A stretch of DNA of 64,000 nt from Promethearchaeota archaeon (GCA_016930515.1 JAFGGO010000108.1:1-64000), one strand, 5' to 3'. Counted from the stretch's first letter, positions 19,251-29,759 are shown. Numbers and translations: made by a program. The notes: generated from the sequence alone by a model not told the origin.

Positions 19251-22200
19251 TTAAACCCGATACAGTTCAAATACTTCGTCGACTAAGTATCCAGCGTTAC
19301 TGAAGGATGTGAGTTCTCCCCTCCAGTTTTTCAAGTTGGATTTATAATATTTTTCAAACTTTGTTACGAATATCTTTTGTTTTTCCCGAATCCACTCGGA
19401 TCCCTTCCCGTCAATAAATAACGCAACTAGGATATTCTCGCCTTGTTCTAACATGATTTCAAATTCTTGGTAGGCCATTTTTTCAATAGGGATTCTCTTT
19501 TTTTTAATCTCGAGACTGAAGTCTTGAATTGCTGTTAAAAACCCCCCAATTAGATCAGAGTCTACTTGCCAGTCTCCTAATTTCCTATTATATATGGTTG
19601 CACCTACTTGGTTGTGGATGACAATAATATATCTCAACCCTAAAATTTCTTTCTTAATAGGATCCTTTTCCTTGATAATCTTGTCTTTCATTGCGTTCTT
19701 TTTTATTGTTGATAATTCTTCGAGTTGTCCCATCAACCTTAGCGTATTATTCTTAGAGTCAAGTTCCCCAAATAAGCGAGCGTTTGAAATCAGGTCAATC
19801 AGTTTGAGTTTTAATTGTTTGGGTTTTACTTTCATCATCTCGCTTAAGGAATGCAAGTCAATCCGCTTTCCCTTGAAAGCGTTAACATAATATTCCACCT
19901 TTTTAATGAAAAATATCTCGCTAATTTTATAAAATATGGTATCAACAGAGAGCTCTATTGAGGATTTAGAAGATTTCCATTGGTCTATCTCTTTTTCAAC
20001 AGAACTTTTAAATGTTTTATAGTTCCTCGATTCCAATTTAATATAATCCTTGATTGTATCGTCTAAGCTTTTGATCAAATTTTTAATATGTGCGACTTCG
20101 GAATTGAATTTAAGTTCAAAATCACCGATATTTCTCTTAAATTTAAGAACTTCGCTATAATTGGCTTCGAGTTGGGTTATCTTTTTTTCAATCTCTCCTT
20201 TTCCTGAGCTAATTAATTCGCTTAATTCTGATTTCTTTTCGATAGATCCGGTCGTGTCTAGTTCTCGTGCTAAAAGCTGCTCAATTTCATCTAATTCAAC
20301 TGAAATCTTTTCCTTTTCGTTTTCCCAATGGGTGATTAACTCCTTTTCAATTTCACTGATCCCACTGAATTGTTCGATAGATTCCTGGAGGAACAATTTA
20401 AAATCTCTGTCGTAAATTTTAAGTTTTTGATTAATTTCGATTTGCATTTCTTTTCTCTTTGTTTCTGCGTCGTTAAAATTCTTTACCTTTATTAATGCCT
20501 CAGTCGTTAATTTCAAGTTCTCCATGAGCCATTTTAAGTCTCCCTCGTAATCATCAAGTTTTTTAAATAATTCTTCTCTACGGACAATATCCAAGCCTGA
20601 ATATATCCTATTACCCAATTCCTCAGAGATTTGCTTCCATTTTACTTCTTCTTCCTTTAATTTTTCGTCCCAATTAATCTTGAGATCCGATGAATAATTA
20701 GAAAAAATTTCGACTTTTTGCTCGATACCTGAAAGGAGTTGAAAAAACGCCTCGTTTTCGACTTGACTTAAATTCTTAAAATTTTCGTTCCTCTCGTTTA
20801 AAAAATCTGAGCTTTTTTTTAGCTCGTTATTATTAATTAAACTAATTATCTGGATGCTGTTATCGTCAAAAAAATGCTGTAGCTTTAATATCTTACTTGA
20901 GATATATTTTTTTACTTCCTTGCGGTTTTTTATTACTTGTTCGTATAAATCTAAATGTCTTTCAGCGTTTAGTTTTATTCCGTTCCAAGAGTTCTTTACT
21001 TCTTCTAATCTTTTTTTATAAGTATCAAATTTCAATGTAGGGGATATGGCTGAAATTTTCGATGTTATATCGAGGTTTGCTTTCTTGATAAACTCTGTAA
21101 GAGTATGAGCTAGTTTCTCAGAGGCTTTTTTCTCGGTTAATTCGATGAGGAATCGTAGTTTTTCAGAGACTTGATCTTTCTGATTCTCTAATTGGTCAAT
21201 AGAAGAGAATTCCTTGCTTTTCTTCGTTCTCTCCGCTATATATTCCTCTTTTTCCTTAATTTCCTCGACTAAATCCTTTATTTCTCTTTTAAGGATACCT
21301 TGAATTATCTTTTTATCCACTTCCCAATCCAACTCTAAATTCGATATAACAAAGGTTGAATTTACAAAACGATGATTAGATTTAACTTGATAAATGAGAC
21401 TATCAATTTTTCTGGTTCTTATTCCAATATATTCTCCCATTTCGTTAACTTTTTCTTTTGCTTCAAAAATATTTTCAGAATCGATCGATAAACGAGATTG
21501 ATTTGCTTGGAAATCGATATATTCAACGGAGTGATGTTGTATGTTCCTCAATTGTAAGATAATATCCTTTATACGCATTTTTTCGCCAAGTATCTCTCGA
21601 TAAAGAACGGGCGATTCAAGGTGGATATATTCTTTTAAAACAGCAAAATCCACAAAAAGGCTTTTCTTTCTCGAGGATTGAATGTTTCCCATTAAAAAAT
21701 TATTTATTAGCAGGTCGTTTATTACTAATTTCACGCGTTCTAAAGCGTTAGAAAAGGAAAATTGCTTGCTAAACTCGTTTAAATCGATCTGCTTGCTCTT
21801 TGGATTTTTTATTATAAATTCCATGAGCTTCGTAATTATTTCTCTGGGGATAATATTTTGGAAATTGAGATATTTGTCGTAGAGGGATTCTTTATCTAAT
21901 ATCGTTCCTTCTAACCATTTATTTGAAATAAGCCAATTTGCGATGTTTTTAACGAGTTCTGGACTCACCAAATAATTCTTACTGATTGGAAAGAAATAGA
22001 TATTAGCTTTTTCTCGCGAAGAAAGCACGATTTCGGTTTCAATCATATCTATTATTTCGTTCCAGATGTAATACATCACGAGAATGGCTCTCGTACTACT
22101 AACTAGATCTTGTTCCTTTACGCTAATGCTGGTGTATTGATTGGTAAATCCTCCATTATCTTGTTGCATCGTTTTTAAAAAGTGAATTAGGTCTCTAAAA

Positions 22201-22961
22201 TCAACACCTTTTAATTTGCCAATTAAACCCAATAATGTTATGGCCCAATATAAATATTCCACTGAAGGATACTCGTCACTTATTTTAAGTCCGAGTTTAA
22301 ATATTTTCAATTTTTGAATTTTTTTATCAATATTAATTCCTTCAATATCTTCAAGTAATATTAGGCAAAATAAGTGATAAAAAGATTCAATATCATTTAT
22401 TGGTTTAAATTTTTTCAAAAAAGAAGTTATCTTTCGCTTATTAATCTTTTTCACTCCATTCAATAGGTATAGAGCGGAAAGAGAGTAAAAAGTAGCTTTT
22501 ATTGAGGATGTACCTTGACAATCTATCGGGCATTGACTTGAAGTACAATGAATAAATCCCCCATCCTCTTTTGACTCTATCTTTTGTGATTTTAGCACAT
22601 ATATAATGTCTTTTTGTTCGATAAAGTCATCAAATCCCAATAGTTTTAATGTTCCAATGCAATAAAAGGTGCTATAAATATCTGCTTGGTCCGAAGAAAC
22701 AGAAGCCCTGTGGCCTCCTAAAGGATGTTTTAAATCTACGATATATTTTTTAACGAGATTCTTGTTGGTAATTAGATCTATTTTATCCATTTGAGAAAGT
22801 AAAAGTACTGTCCAGAACAGAGATTCGCTAGAATTGTACATGTTTCCATTTAAAATGTTGTTTTGAACGAATTCCATTGCTTTTTCAATATTAATTGGGA
22901 TTGGTAACTTATTTTCACAATACATAAGTTCTGGAATCCAAGGAATATGGAATGAAATCAT
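19251..22961 (-). CDS. multidomain protein: prenyltransferase-beta (alpha/alpha barrel) repeats + winged-helix/PCI-like motifs + coiled coil + C-terminal longin domain
   Basis: Repeats HPLGGH..ADIYSTFYCIGTLKLLG, Q..EDGGF..IKATFYSLSALYLL, QQDNGGF..DLVSST; WH motif RIDLHSLSEMM...LIDLISNARLFGELD; longin YIIVIHNQVGATIY...DSDLIGGFLTAIQDFSLEI. Confidence 0.8.
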   Translation of the reverse strand: MISFHIPWIPELMYCENKLPIPINIEKAMEFVQNNILNGNMYNSSESLFWTVLLLSQMDKIDLITNKNLVKKYIVDLKHPLGGHRASVSSDQADIYSTFYCIGTLKLLGFDDFIEQKDIIYVLKSQKIESKEDGGFIHCTSSQCPIDCQGTSSIKATFYSLSALYLLNGVKKINKRKITSFLKKFKPINDIESFYHLFCLILLEDIEGINIDKKIQKLKIFKLGLKISDEYPSVEYLYWAITLLGLIGKLKGVDFRDLIHFLKTMQQDNGGFTNQYTSISVKEQDLVSSTRAILVMYYIWNEIIDMIETEIVLSSREKANIYFFPISKNYLVSPELVKNIANWLISNKWLEGTILDKESLYDKYLNFQNIIPREIITKLMEFIIKNPKSKQIDLNEFSKQFSFSNALERVKLVINDLLINNFLMGNIQSSRKKSLFVDFAVLKEYIHLESPVLYREILGEKMRIKDIILQLRNIQHHSVEYIDFQANQSRLSIDSENIFEAKEKVNEMGEYIGIRTRKIDSLIYQVKSNHRFVNSTFVISNLELDWEVDKKIIQGILKREIKDLVEEIKEKEEYIAERTKKSKEFSSIDQLENQKDQVSEKLRFLIELTEKKASEKLAHTLTEFIKKANLDITSKISAISPTLKFDTYKKRLEEVKNSWNGIKLNAERHLDLYEQVIKNRKEVKKYISSKILKLQHFFDDNSIQIISLINNNELKKSSDFLNERNENFKNLSQVENEAFFQLLSGIEQKVEIFSNYSSDLKINWDEKLKEEEVKWKQISEELGNRIYSGLDIVRREELFKKLDDYEGDLKWLMENLKLTTEALIKVKNFNDAETKRKEMQIEINQKLKIYDRDFKLFLQESIEQFSGISEIEKELITHWENEKEKISVELDEIEQLLARELDTTGSIEKKSELSELISSGKGEIEKKITQLEANYSEVLKFKRNIGDFELKFNSEVAHIKNLIKSLDDTIKDYIKLESRNYKTFKSSVEKEIDQWKSSKSSIELSVDTIFYKISEIFFIKKVEYYVNAFKGKRIDLHSLSEMMKVKPKQLKLKLIDLISNARLFGELDSKNNTLRLMGQLEELSTIKKNAMKDKIIKEKDPIKKEILGLRYIIVIHNQVGATIYNRKLGDWQVDSDLIGGFLTAIQDFSLEIKKKRIPIEKMAYQEFEIMLEQGENILVALFIDGKGSEWIREKQKIFVTKFEKYYKSNLKNWRGELTSFSNAGYLVDEVFELYRV

Positions 22962-23131
22962 TAGTGCGACCTACTCTAAGCACGATGCGAGTTTTTTTTT
23001 TTCAATATAATTACTATAGGTTTTGAAGCTTATAATTATTATAGTAAAATATCATTGTGAAGATATTGCTCTTGAAGTATTTTTATTGTGCCTTCTTCCT
23101 TGAAATATGATACTTTGTAATATTTATAATT

Positions 23132-23923
23132 TTATTTTTGAGCATTAAAAAAAGTACCTTTCTCTTCTCCAGTTAGAATTTTTTTTATAATAGATTCTTC
23201 ATCAAATGAGGTTATTATCGCTGGAATGCCAATATTCGTTAACTTCTTTATTGCGTTGATTTTGCTTTTCATTCCTCCAAATGTGATTCCTCCGTCGATG
23301 TCATCAACTACTTTTTCGATGTCCTCGGTGATACTATTTACATTTGTTATTAATTTTGCTCCAAGGTGTTTTTTTGGATTTTTATCGTATAAACCATTAA
23401 CATCTGTAAGGATAATCAATAAATCAACATATAATAGTGTTGCGACTAAAGCCGAAAGAGTGTCATTATCTCCGTGTCGGAGTTCCTCAATTGCAACGGA
23501 GTCGTTTTCATTAATGATTGGTACAATATTTTTTTCAAGAAGAACCTCGAGAGTATTCCTCACATTAGATCTTCTCTTAGCATCCTTAGTATCGTCTGCG
23601 GTAAGTAATATTTGACCAATGTTCAAGCCGTACTTGTTGAATTCATTTTGATAAGTACTCATTAAGGCGATTTGACCCACTGAAGCAAGCGCCTGAAGCA
23701 TTTTAAAATCCTTTGGACGATTTATCAAACCTAATCGAGCTAGTCCACATCCTATAGCCCCACTACTGACTATTACAACGGAACGCCCTTCAAGAACTAT
23801 CTCAGATACTTCCTTGACCAATTTGCTTATTTTATCCTCATATATTCTTGCCTTTCCGTCAGTAATGAGTTGGGTGCTCACTTTAATGACTATAGTCTTA
23901 ACATTTGAAAGAACGCTTCTCAT
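23132..23923 (-). CDS. proB: glutamate 5-kinase (no PUA domain)
   Basis: VSSGAI, ASVGQ, GQILLT, VPIINENDSV, GDNDTLSALVA, GGMKSKI. Confidence 0.95.
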   Translation of the reverse strand: MRSVLSNVKTIVIKVSTQLITDGKARIYEDKISKLVKEVSEIVLEGRSVVIVSSGAIGCGLARLGLINRPKDFKMLQALASVGQIALMSTYQNEFNKYGLNIGQILLTADDTKDAKRRSNVRNTLEVLLEKNIVPIINENDSVAIEELRHGDNDTLSALVATLLYVDLLIILTDVNGLYDKNPKKHLGAKLITNVNSITEDIEKVVDDIDGGITFGGMKSKINAIKKLTNIGIPAIITSFDEESIIKKILTGEEKGTFFNAQK

Positions 23924-23951
23924 TTTTAAATGTGGTGTGTATTTAAGGATT

Positions 23952-24413
23952 TTAAAAAAGTTTATTCACAACTGCCAAAACGACGACTACAATTATAACT
24001 ACTGGTAAAACGAGCAAAAGCCCGATTATGTAATATTTTAAAAAGCCCCTTTCTAAAGTCTTCATTCCTTTCGAAAAGTCTTCTCTGGTTTTATCCTGCC
24101 ATTGTTCGAAATCTTGCTTTATCTTAATTTTTTGAGCTTCTAATTGTTCAATCGAAACATCTCCGTAATCCTTGATGTCCTTGATAGTTTTTTCCAAACG
24201 TTCGTCCCATTTTTTCTTGGCGTCCGCAAAGAATTTGGATGCTTTATCCTTATTTTGATCCCATTGTTCCTTGTTTTTGTGAGCCTGTTGTTCCATGTTG
24301 GTTTGGAACTTTTTAAATCCCTCTTGAAGTCCCGAAGTAAAGTCTTTCCATCCTTTTTGGAAGATATTTTCTTTTGTAACTTTCTCTTGATCGTTCGAAT
24401 TATTGTTGCTCAT
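23952..24413 (-). CDS. amphipathic-repeat protein with a C-terminal TM anchor
   Basis: Charged helical repeats with periodic W/F (GWKDF, EQWDQ, KKWDE, EQWQD); hydrophobic C-terminus. Confidence 0.75.
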   Translation of the reverse strand: MSNNNSNDQEKVTKENIFQKGWKDFTSGLQEGFKKFQTNMEQQAHKNKEQWDQNKDKASKFFADAKKKWDERLEKTIKDIKDYGDVSIEQLEAQKIKIKQDFEQWQDKTREDFSKGMKTLERGFLKYYIIGLLLVLPVVIIVVVVLAVVNKLF

Positions 24414-24504
24414 AGTGATGATATATGATCTGTTTTATTTTAAATTGACTGATACATATAAATTTATGAAAAGAAAAAGTAAAAAAAATAGTATGGAAAT
24501 GTTT

Positions 24505-24771
24505 TTAAGTTACCGACATCGCAATAATAGATTGCGTCTTGATGAGTTCCATGACTAATGTCCTGACAAGGTTATTAATGTCTTTCATATTCAATCGTTC
24601 CAAGCGTTCTCTTAATTGATCCTGAAATACATTTTTCAAGTCCCTAACTGAAATGTTATCCGGGTTCTTTCCAGCTTGCTTGATGCTCAAACGTATTAAA
24701 CCCGCACAGGGTACTGCGCTCAATCCCGTTTTTTCCGATAATATTGATCCGAAATATTGAGGGATATTCAT
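24505..24771 (-). CDS. small cytoplasmic hypothetical protein, coupled to the upstream membrane protein
   Basis: 88 aa; 2 nt after the 7TM gene stop; GGAGG SD inside the upstream gene end. Confidence 0.75.
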   Translation of the reverse strand: MNIPQYFGSILSEKTGLSAVPCAGLIRLSIKQAGKNPDNISVRDLKNVFQDQLRERLERLNMKDINNLVRTLVMELIKTQSIIAMSVT

Positions 24772-24773
24772 AA

Positions 24774-25604
24774 TTAATTCCCTCCTTTTGATAATTCTTT
24801 CATTATCTCTTCTTCGGTCATTTCTTCCTCTGGTGATACCCTCTCCTTTTTAGAGAAAATACTCATCAAACGCGATACGATAGTAGGCAAGACCCATGCG
24901 ATGAAATCGATTATAATTGCACTTAGTGTTAACCAGTAGGTTATATCTGTATTAAACTGCGTGAAATCTGCATTAAACGGATCGGTCAAAATATAGATCA
25001 TGTTTACTCCAACAGCGAAATAAATGATCCTGACGATAATGACCGCAAGATACCTGCCTTTTACCCATAATTTGACCATCTTTGATTTAGCTATTCTAAC
25101 TAACGCTTCTATCATGGCAATTGCTAAAACGGTGGAGACGGTTATAAGTAAAATACCAAAGAATAGAAGTGAAGCAACCCGCGATGCACTACCAATATGT
25201 CCGTTTATTCCAGGTGTTCCAGAAGGATAGATACTTCCTAAGAATTGGCAATAAATACTAAGCAATATAAATAATAACCACATTATGGCGAGTATCCAGA
25301 GTCCACGTTTTGCTCCTTTTCTTTCCTGGAAGAATACCAAGTATAAGAATAGGATCGTAGGAAGGTAACTAAACATGCCAAGACCATAAATAGTTAATCC
25401 AGATGGGAAATCTGTTCCTTTATCTGTAAGTAGAACGATTATGCTTGGAAGATAGGAAAGACCTAGTAACATGAAATTTAATGCCAAATAGAAAAAGGGT
25501 TTTTGGTCAGATTTATGTGCAACATAGATTAGGGATATTGCAATTAATAATCTCAATATTAGATTAGTAAATTGTAACCAATCGTTTAGACTTTCTATTA
25601 CCAT
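24774..25604 (-). CDS. polytopic (~7 TM) membrane protein with an acidic cytoplasmic tail
   Basis: About seven hydrophobic segments; AWVLP after the last TM; tail EEEMTEEEIM. Confidence 0.75.
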   Translation of the reverse strand: MVIESLNDWLQFTNLILRLLIAISLIYVAHKSDQKPFFYLALNFMLLGLSYLPSIIVLLTDKGTDFPSGLTIYGLGMFSYLPTILFLYLVFFQERKGAKRGLWILAIMWLLFILLSIYCQFLGSIYPSGTPGINGHIGSASRVASLLFFGILLITVSTVLAIAMIEALVRIAKSKMVKLWVKGRYLAVIIVRIIYFAVGVNMIYILTDPFNADFTQFNTDITYWLTLSAIIIDFIAWVLPTIVSRLMSIFSKKERVSPEEEMTEEEIMKELSKGGN

Positions 25605-25882
25605 CTTTTATATACCTTTTTGTATTGAAGATTAATACCATTATTGAGAAAGAATTTGTATTTAAATATATTTCAAAGTATATTTTTTTCTTTTCTATTT
25701 TATTTTTGAGAGTATTGTTCAATGTTCATTTTATTTATCTTCAATCAAATAATATCTTAAATTAATGTTTAACTTTTTCATATATTTGACTAGGATCTAG
25801 ACATTCGTTCAAAATCGATAAGCTTTTTAGCAATTTTGTATATTAATTCTTAATTTAATCTGAAAAAATTGAAAGTACAATT

Positions 25883-27262
25883 ATGAATTTTAAAATACTA
25901 ATAAAAACACCATTATGGGATGCTTTTTCTGACTTAGGACGGCGTATCTTTTTGCCTGAAGGTATTTTTTATTGGTCAGGAAGGGCTAAAAAGGAGGCTG
26001 AACTTAACGCAACTATAGGCTCGGCTTATGGATACGAAAGAGATTTTATAGAAGGTGGCACTGAGGAATGGTTACCCTGCTACTTGGATGCCATCAAACC
26101 ATATTCGAACTTAAAAATCGATTCTTTAGTACCCTACGCATCCATAGGTGGTGTTCAAGCAATTCGAGAAATTTGGAAAAAGTGGATTATAAAAAAATCC
26201 CTGTATGATATATTGAACGAAAAGGATAAACTTGGGCTGTTGGAAAAATACACTACTACTCCTATAGTTACTCAAGGTGTAACAAATGGAATATTTTTAT
26301 GTTGTTCTCTATTTTTAAGTCCTAGTGAATATATTATATCTCCAAATAAGAGGTGGGGAAATTACGACAATATCATCAACAAGTTCCTTGGAGCTAACAT
26401 CAAATCATTTGAATTTTTTGTTAATCAGGAGATCAACCTTCAAGGCATGAAGGATGTCATTCTCGATGTTGCCAAATATCAAGAAAAAATAATCATCATC
26501 TTAAACTTTCCTAATAATCCCACGGGATACACTCCTAAGCGAGCAGAAATTGAAAAAATCGTTAACACTCTCAAGGAAAGTCAAAAGCAGATTAAAAAAC
26601 CAATAATTGTACTAGTTGATGATGCGTATGAACCCTATGTATATAACGAAGGAGAAATCAGTCGATCGTTGTTTTACGACTTGATTGAGGTTCAAGAAGA
26701 TGTAATCCCCATAAAACTAGATGGTATTACGAAGGAATTGTTGATATATGGTGGTAGGGTAGGATTTGCAACTTTCGGATTAAAACCTGCGTGGGTAAAT
26801 AACGATGAAGAACTCGAAGTTCTTAAGGAAGAATTAAATAATAAGCTCGAAGGTATCACTAGAAGCACGATTTCAAACACGAATCATTTTTATCAAGCAC
26901 TTACCGTTCAAATCTTTCAAGATAAAGGAATGGACGATATTGTTAAAGAACGAGATAAGGTTAGGAGACTATTGAAATCGCGTTATAAAAAAATAAATGA
27001 GGAATTATCTTCTTTGGAATTACCAGATATATCTATCGATCCAAACTCTGGAGGATTTTTCCTTTTCATTAATCTAAATCCAAATAAAATCAAAGCTTCA
27101 GAATTCGCAGATCACCTACTTAAAAAATACAAAATAGGTGTTATCCCCATAGAAAAATTAAACGATAATATAAACGGGATCAGAATCGCTTACGCATCAA
27201 TCGATTTAGAGAAAATTTCCGAATTCGTAACCCGAATCCGTCAAGCGCTCAAGGATTTCTAA
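25883..27262 (+). CDS. PLP-dependent aminotransferase class I/II
   Basis: NFPNNPTGY, DDAY, KLDGITKE...GGRVGF, GGFF, GIRIAYA. Confidence 0.9.
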   Translation: MNFKILIKTPLWDAFSDLGRRIFLPEGIFYWSGRAKKEAELNATIGSAYGYERDFIEGGTEEWLPCYLDAIKPYSNLKIDSLVPYASIGGVQAIREIWKKWIIKKSLYDILNEKDKLGLLEKYTTTPIVTQGVTNGIFLCCSLFLSPSEYIISPNKRWGNYDNIINKFLGANIKSFEFFVNQEINLQGMKDVILDVAKYQEKIIIILNFPNNPTGYTPKRAEIEKIVNTLKESQKQIKKPIIVLVDDAYEPYVYNEGEISRSLFYDLIEVQEDVIPIKLDGITKELLIYGGRVGFATFGLKPAWVNNDEELEVLKEELNNKLEGITRSTISNTNHFYQALTVQIFQDKGMDDIVKERDKVRRLLKSRYKKINEELSSLELPDISIDPNSGGFFLFINLNPNKIKASEFADHLLKKYKIGVIPIEKLNDNINGIRIAYASIDLEKISEFVTRIRQALKDF

Positions 27263-27460
27263 TAATTTTTCTTTATTTTTCATAGAACTAATATTTAATC
27301 AATTAATATCTAATCTTTATTTTTAGATGAGATTGTTATAGAGCTCGGAAAAAAAATCTTTTAACATGTGGTTCGCCTAGGCTATTAAGAACATTTTTAT
27401 AGAGATTACTTTATAATATTTATAACTTTTAAATTTAAAAAAATCTAAAGTTGATAAAAA

Positions 27461-28450
27461 ATGAAGATTTATTTAGTCGACAAGGGAGAACTCAAGCAAA
27501 TTGACAAGTTAGTGTTTTCTACAGGCGATGTATACTTAATCGACGACGAAAAGACCATTTTCATATGGATTGGGAGCAAGTGTAGCGTTGACGAGAAAAC
27601 TAGTGGTGCCGCTCAAGCACGAAAGCTCGATCAAGAGCGTGGAGGTGCGGCTAAGATAATAACGGTTGATCAAAATCAAGAAACTGCTGAATTCCTCAAG
27701 CTCATTGCGAGCAAGGGTACTATGAAAATCGTGGAAAAAAATATTGCCAAGACTATGTTGAAAGATGTGATGACAGGCGATTTTGCTGGTTTTACAGAAC
27801 ATGTAAATGTACTTTATCGGGTTTCCTCCGAAGAGTTCGAAGACATCAATGCGATGAAAATGATACAAGTTCCGTTTTCGAAAGACTCGTTGGATTCCGA
27901 AGATTGTTTCGTGTTAGATATGGGTACGGATGTGTATGTTTGGCAAGGAAATGCTTGCAATGTAAAGGAAAGGGTCAAATCTGGCCAATGGGCAAGACAA
28001 ATTGATGCGGATCGCGCAGGAGAGCAAAACAAAACCATTTGTGAAGAAGGCGACGATGCGGCTTTTCTTTCAGCTTTAAGCAAGGGTGAACACTACAAGG
28101 AATCTGACGCCGTCCAACTTTCTGCTGATTCTGATTTAGAAAAGGAATCCGAGATGGACAAAATCGCAGCATCCGTTCATAAAGAACACGAGGCGACAAT
28201 TAGTGACGCCGCTCCCGAAACCTCAGAATCAAGCGCGTCTTCTGCCGGACCCGGCATACCCGGATCGTCTGATGGATTACTTACCATCGAAAAGATGGAA
28301 GGTCGTCGGAGGTGTCCAAATTGTGGAAACGAAAACAAGTCTTTAATTCACGAATCTGTTGACAAGGGAAATATTATTCTCGATTATCCACGAATGTATG
28401 GTAAAAAATACAAGTGTGGAGAATGTGGTCAAGAGTGGAGAGAAAAATAA
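27461..28450 (+). CDS. two-domain gelsolin (Asgard 2DGel-like) with an acidic linker and C-terminal Zn ribbon
   Basis: GDVYLID...IFIWIGSKCSVDEK; SLDSEDCFVLDMG.DVYVWQG.ACN.KER; CPNC...CGEC. Confidence 0.9.
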   Translation: MKIYLVDKGELKQIDKLVFSTGDVYLIDDEKTIFIWIGSKCSVDEKTSGAAQARKLDQERGGAAKIITVDQNQETAEFLKLIASKGTMKIVEKNIAKTMLKDVMTGDFAGFTEHVNVLYRVSSEEFEDINAMKMIQVPFSKDSLDSEDCFVLDMGTDVYVWQGNACNVKERVKSGQWARQIDADRAGEQNKTICEEGDDAAFLSALSKGEHYKESDAVQLSADSDLEKESEMDKIAASVHKEHEATISDAAPETSESSASSAGPGIPGSSDGLLTIEKMEGRRRCPNCGNENKSLIHESVDKGNIILDYPRMYGKKYKCGECGQEWREK

Positions 28451-28538
28451 AATTATAACTCGTAGTTATTTTCATTTTTTACTTTTTATTTAATTAAATA
28501 TATAAAAAAGTTGCTAAGAATAAGATACTATCGTAGAA

Positions 28539-29759
28539 TTATGATTTAAATAAATCTCTACGCAATAATTTTATCTTCTTTTTTAATTCAACGATTTCTT
28601 TTTCTTTTTCCTCTAATCTATTCTCAAAAACAAGAGCGTTATCTTTTTGTGATTGTAGATCCGATAATATTTTATCTTCGATTTTTTCTGCTTCAACAAT
28701 CTTATTTCGCAATTTATTATTGTTTTCCTTCAATTGGTTAAGTTCTTGTTCTTTTTCTTGTAATTGGGCAATATCGATCTCATATTTCGTAACTACTCTC
28801 TGAGAGTCTCCTATCTTTGTTTCTAGTCTACTAATTTGTTCGGAATTATCTTTTTCCTTTTGTTTCAAGGTTTCAATTTCGTTAATTAGAGACTTTATTC
28901 GTTCTTCTTTCTTTTCTATTTCTTTTTTTGCCAAGCTAAATGTTTCTAATTGTTGCTGCATGCCATTTAATTTTTGATTTAAGGACTCAATAGTGCTGTT
29001 AAGTTCGAAAATGTTCTTTTCTTTTTCCGTTATTATTTCGTCTTTTTTTTCGACAAGTAATTCGAGTTTATCGTATTTTGATTTCTGGATGGTATCGTTT
29101 TCGAGATATTGAATTTGTTCCATTAATTCTTTTATTTTAAGGTCTTTATCTTCAAAGTCTTTCGCTCTTGACGACTGTTCTACCTTGATTTGGTCGATTT
29201 GGGTTGTCATTACCTGTATGATTTCGTCTTTTTTTTGCATTGAAGTATTTATTTGTTCTATGGTTTTTGATTGATCATATAATTGGGAGTATAATTGTTC
29301 TATTTCTTGGTCCTTAGTGCTGATTAAGGTCTTTAAATCTTCTGGATCAGTACCAGAATTATCTGTTGTCCCGTTTGAGACTTTAGAAAGCCTTTCTATC
29401 TCTAATTCCAAGTTGTGAATTATGTTTTCTTTTTCTTGAACGACTTTCTTCTTTAAATTCCTCTCGCCCTCAATTTCCTTGCGAAGTTCTTCTATTACAA
29501 TTTCTCGTTCGTTAATTTGATTTGTTAAATCTTGTTTTTCCCTTATTAATTGTGAAATATCCTTATTTGCTTTCTCCTTATCTAAAGAACTCTGTCGCAA
29601 TTTTTCGGATAATTCCTTGTTTTGCACCTTGAGGAAATTTAATTGTTCGATAAGCGAACCTTCCTCGTTATCGTGTTCCTCTTCTTTTTCTTCAACCCAC
29701 CCCAAGGTGGAGAGGGCGTCTACGATTGACTTTTCTTCGTCGTCGCGATCGTCGGGCAT
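28539..29759 (-). CDS. long coiled-coil protein
   Basis: Near-continuous E/K/Q/L heptads; no catalytic motif. Confidence 0.8.
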   Translation of the reverse strand: MPDDRDDEEKSIVDALSTLGWVEEKEEEHDNEEGSLIEQLNFLKVQNKELSEKLRQSSLDKEKANKDISQLIREKQDLTNQINEREIVIEELRKEIEGERNLKKKVVQEKENIIHNLELEIERLSKVSNGTTDNSGTDPEDLKTLISTKDQEIEQLYSQLYDQSKTIEQINTSMQKKDEIIQVMTTQIDQIKVEQSSRAKDFEDKDLKIKELMEQIQYLENDTIQKSKYDKLELLVEKKDEIITEKEKNIFELNSTIESLNQKLNGMQQQLETFSLAKKEIEKKEERIKSLINEIETLKQKEKDNSEQISRLETKIGDSQRVVTKYEIDIAQLQEKEQELNQLKENNNKLRNKIVEAEKIEDKILSDLQSQKDNALVFENRLEEKEKEIVELKKKIKLLRRDLFKS

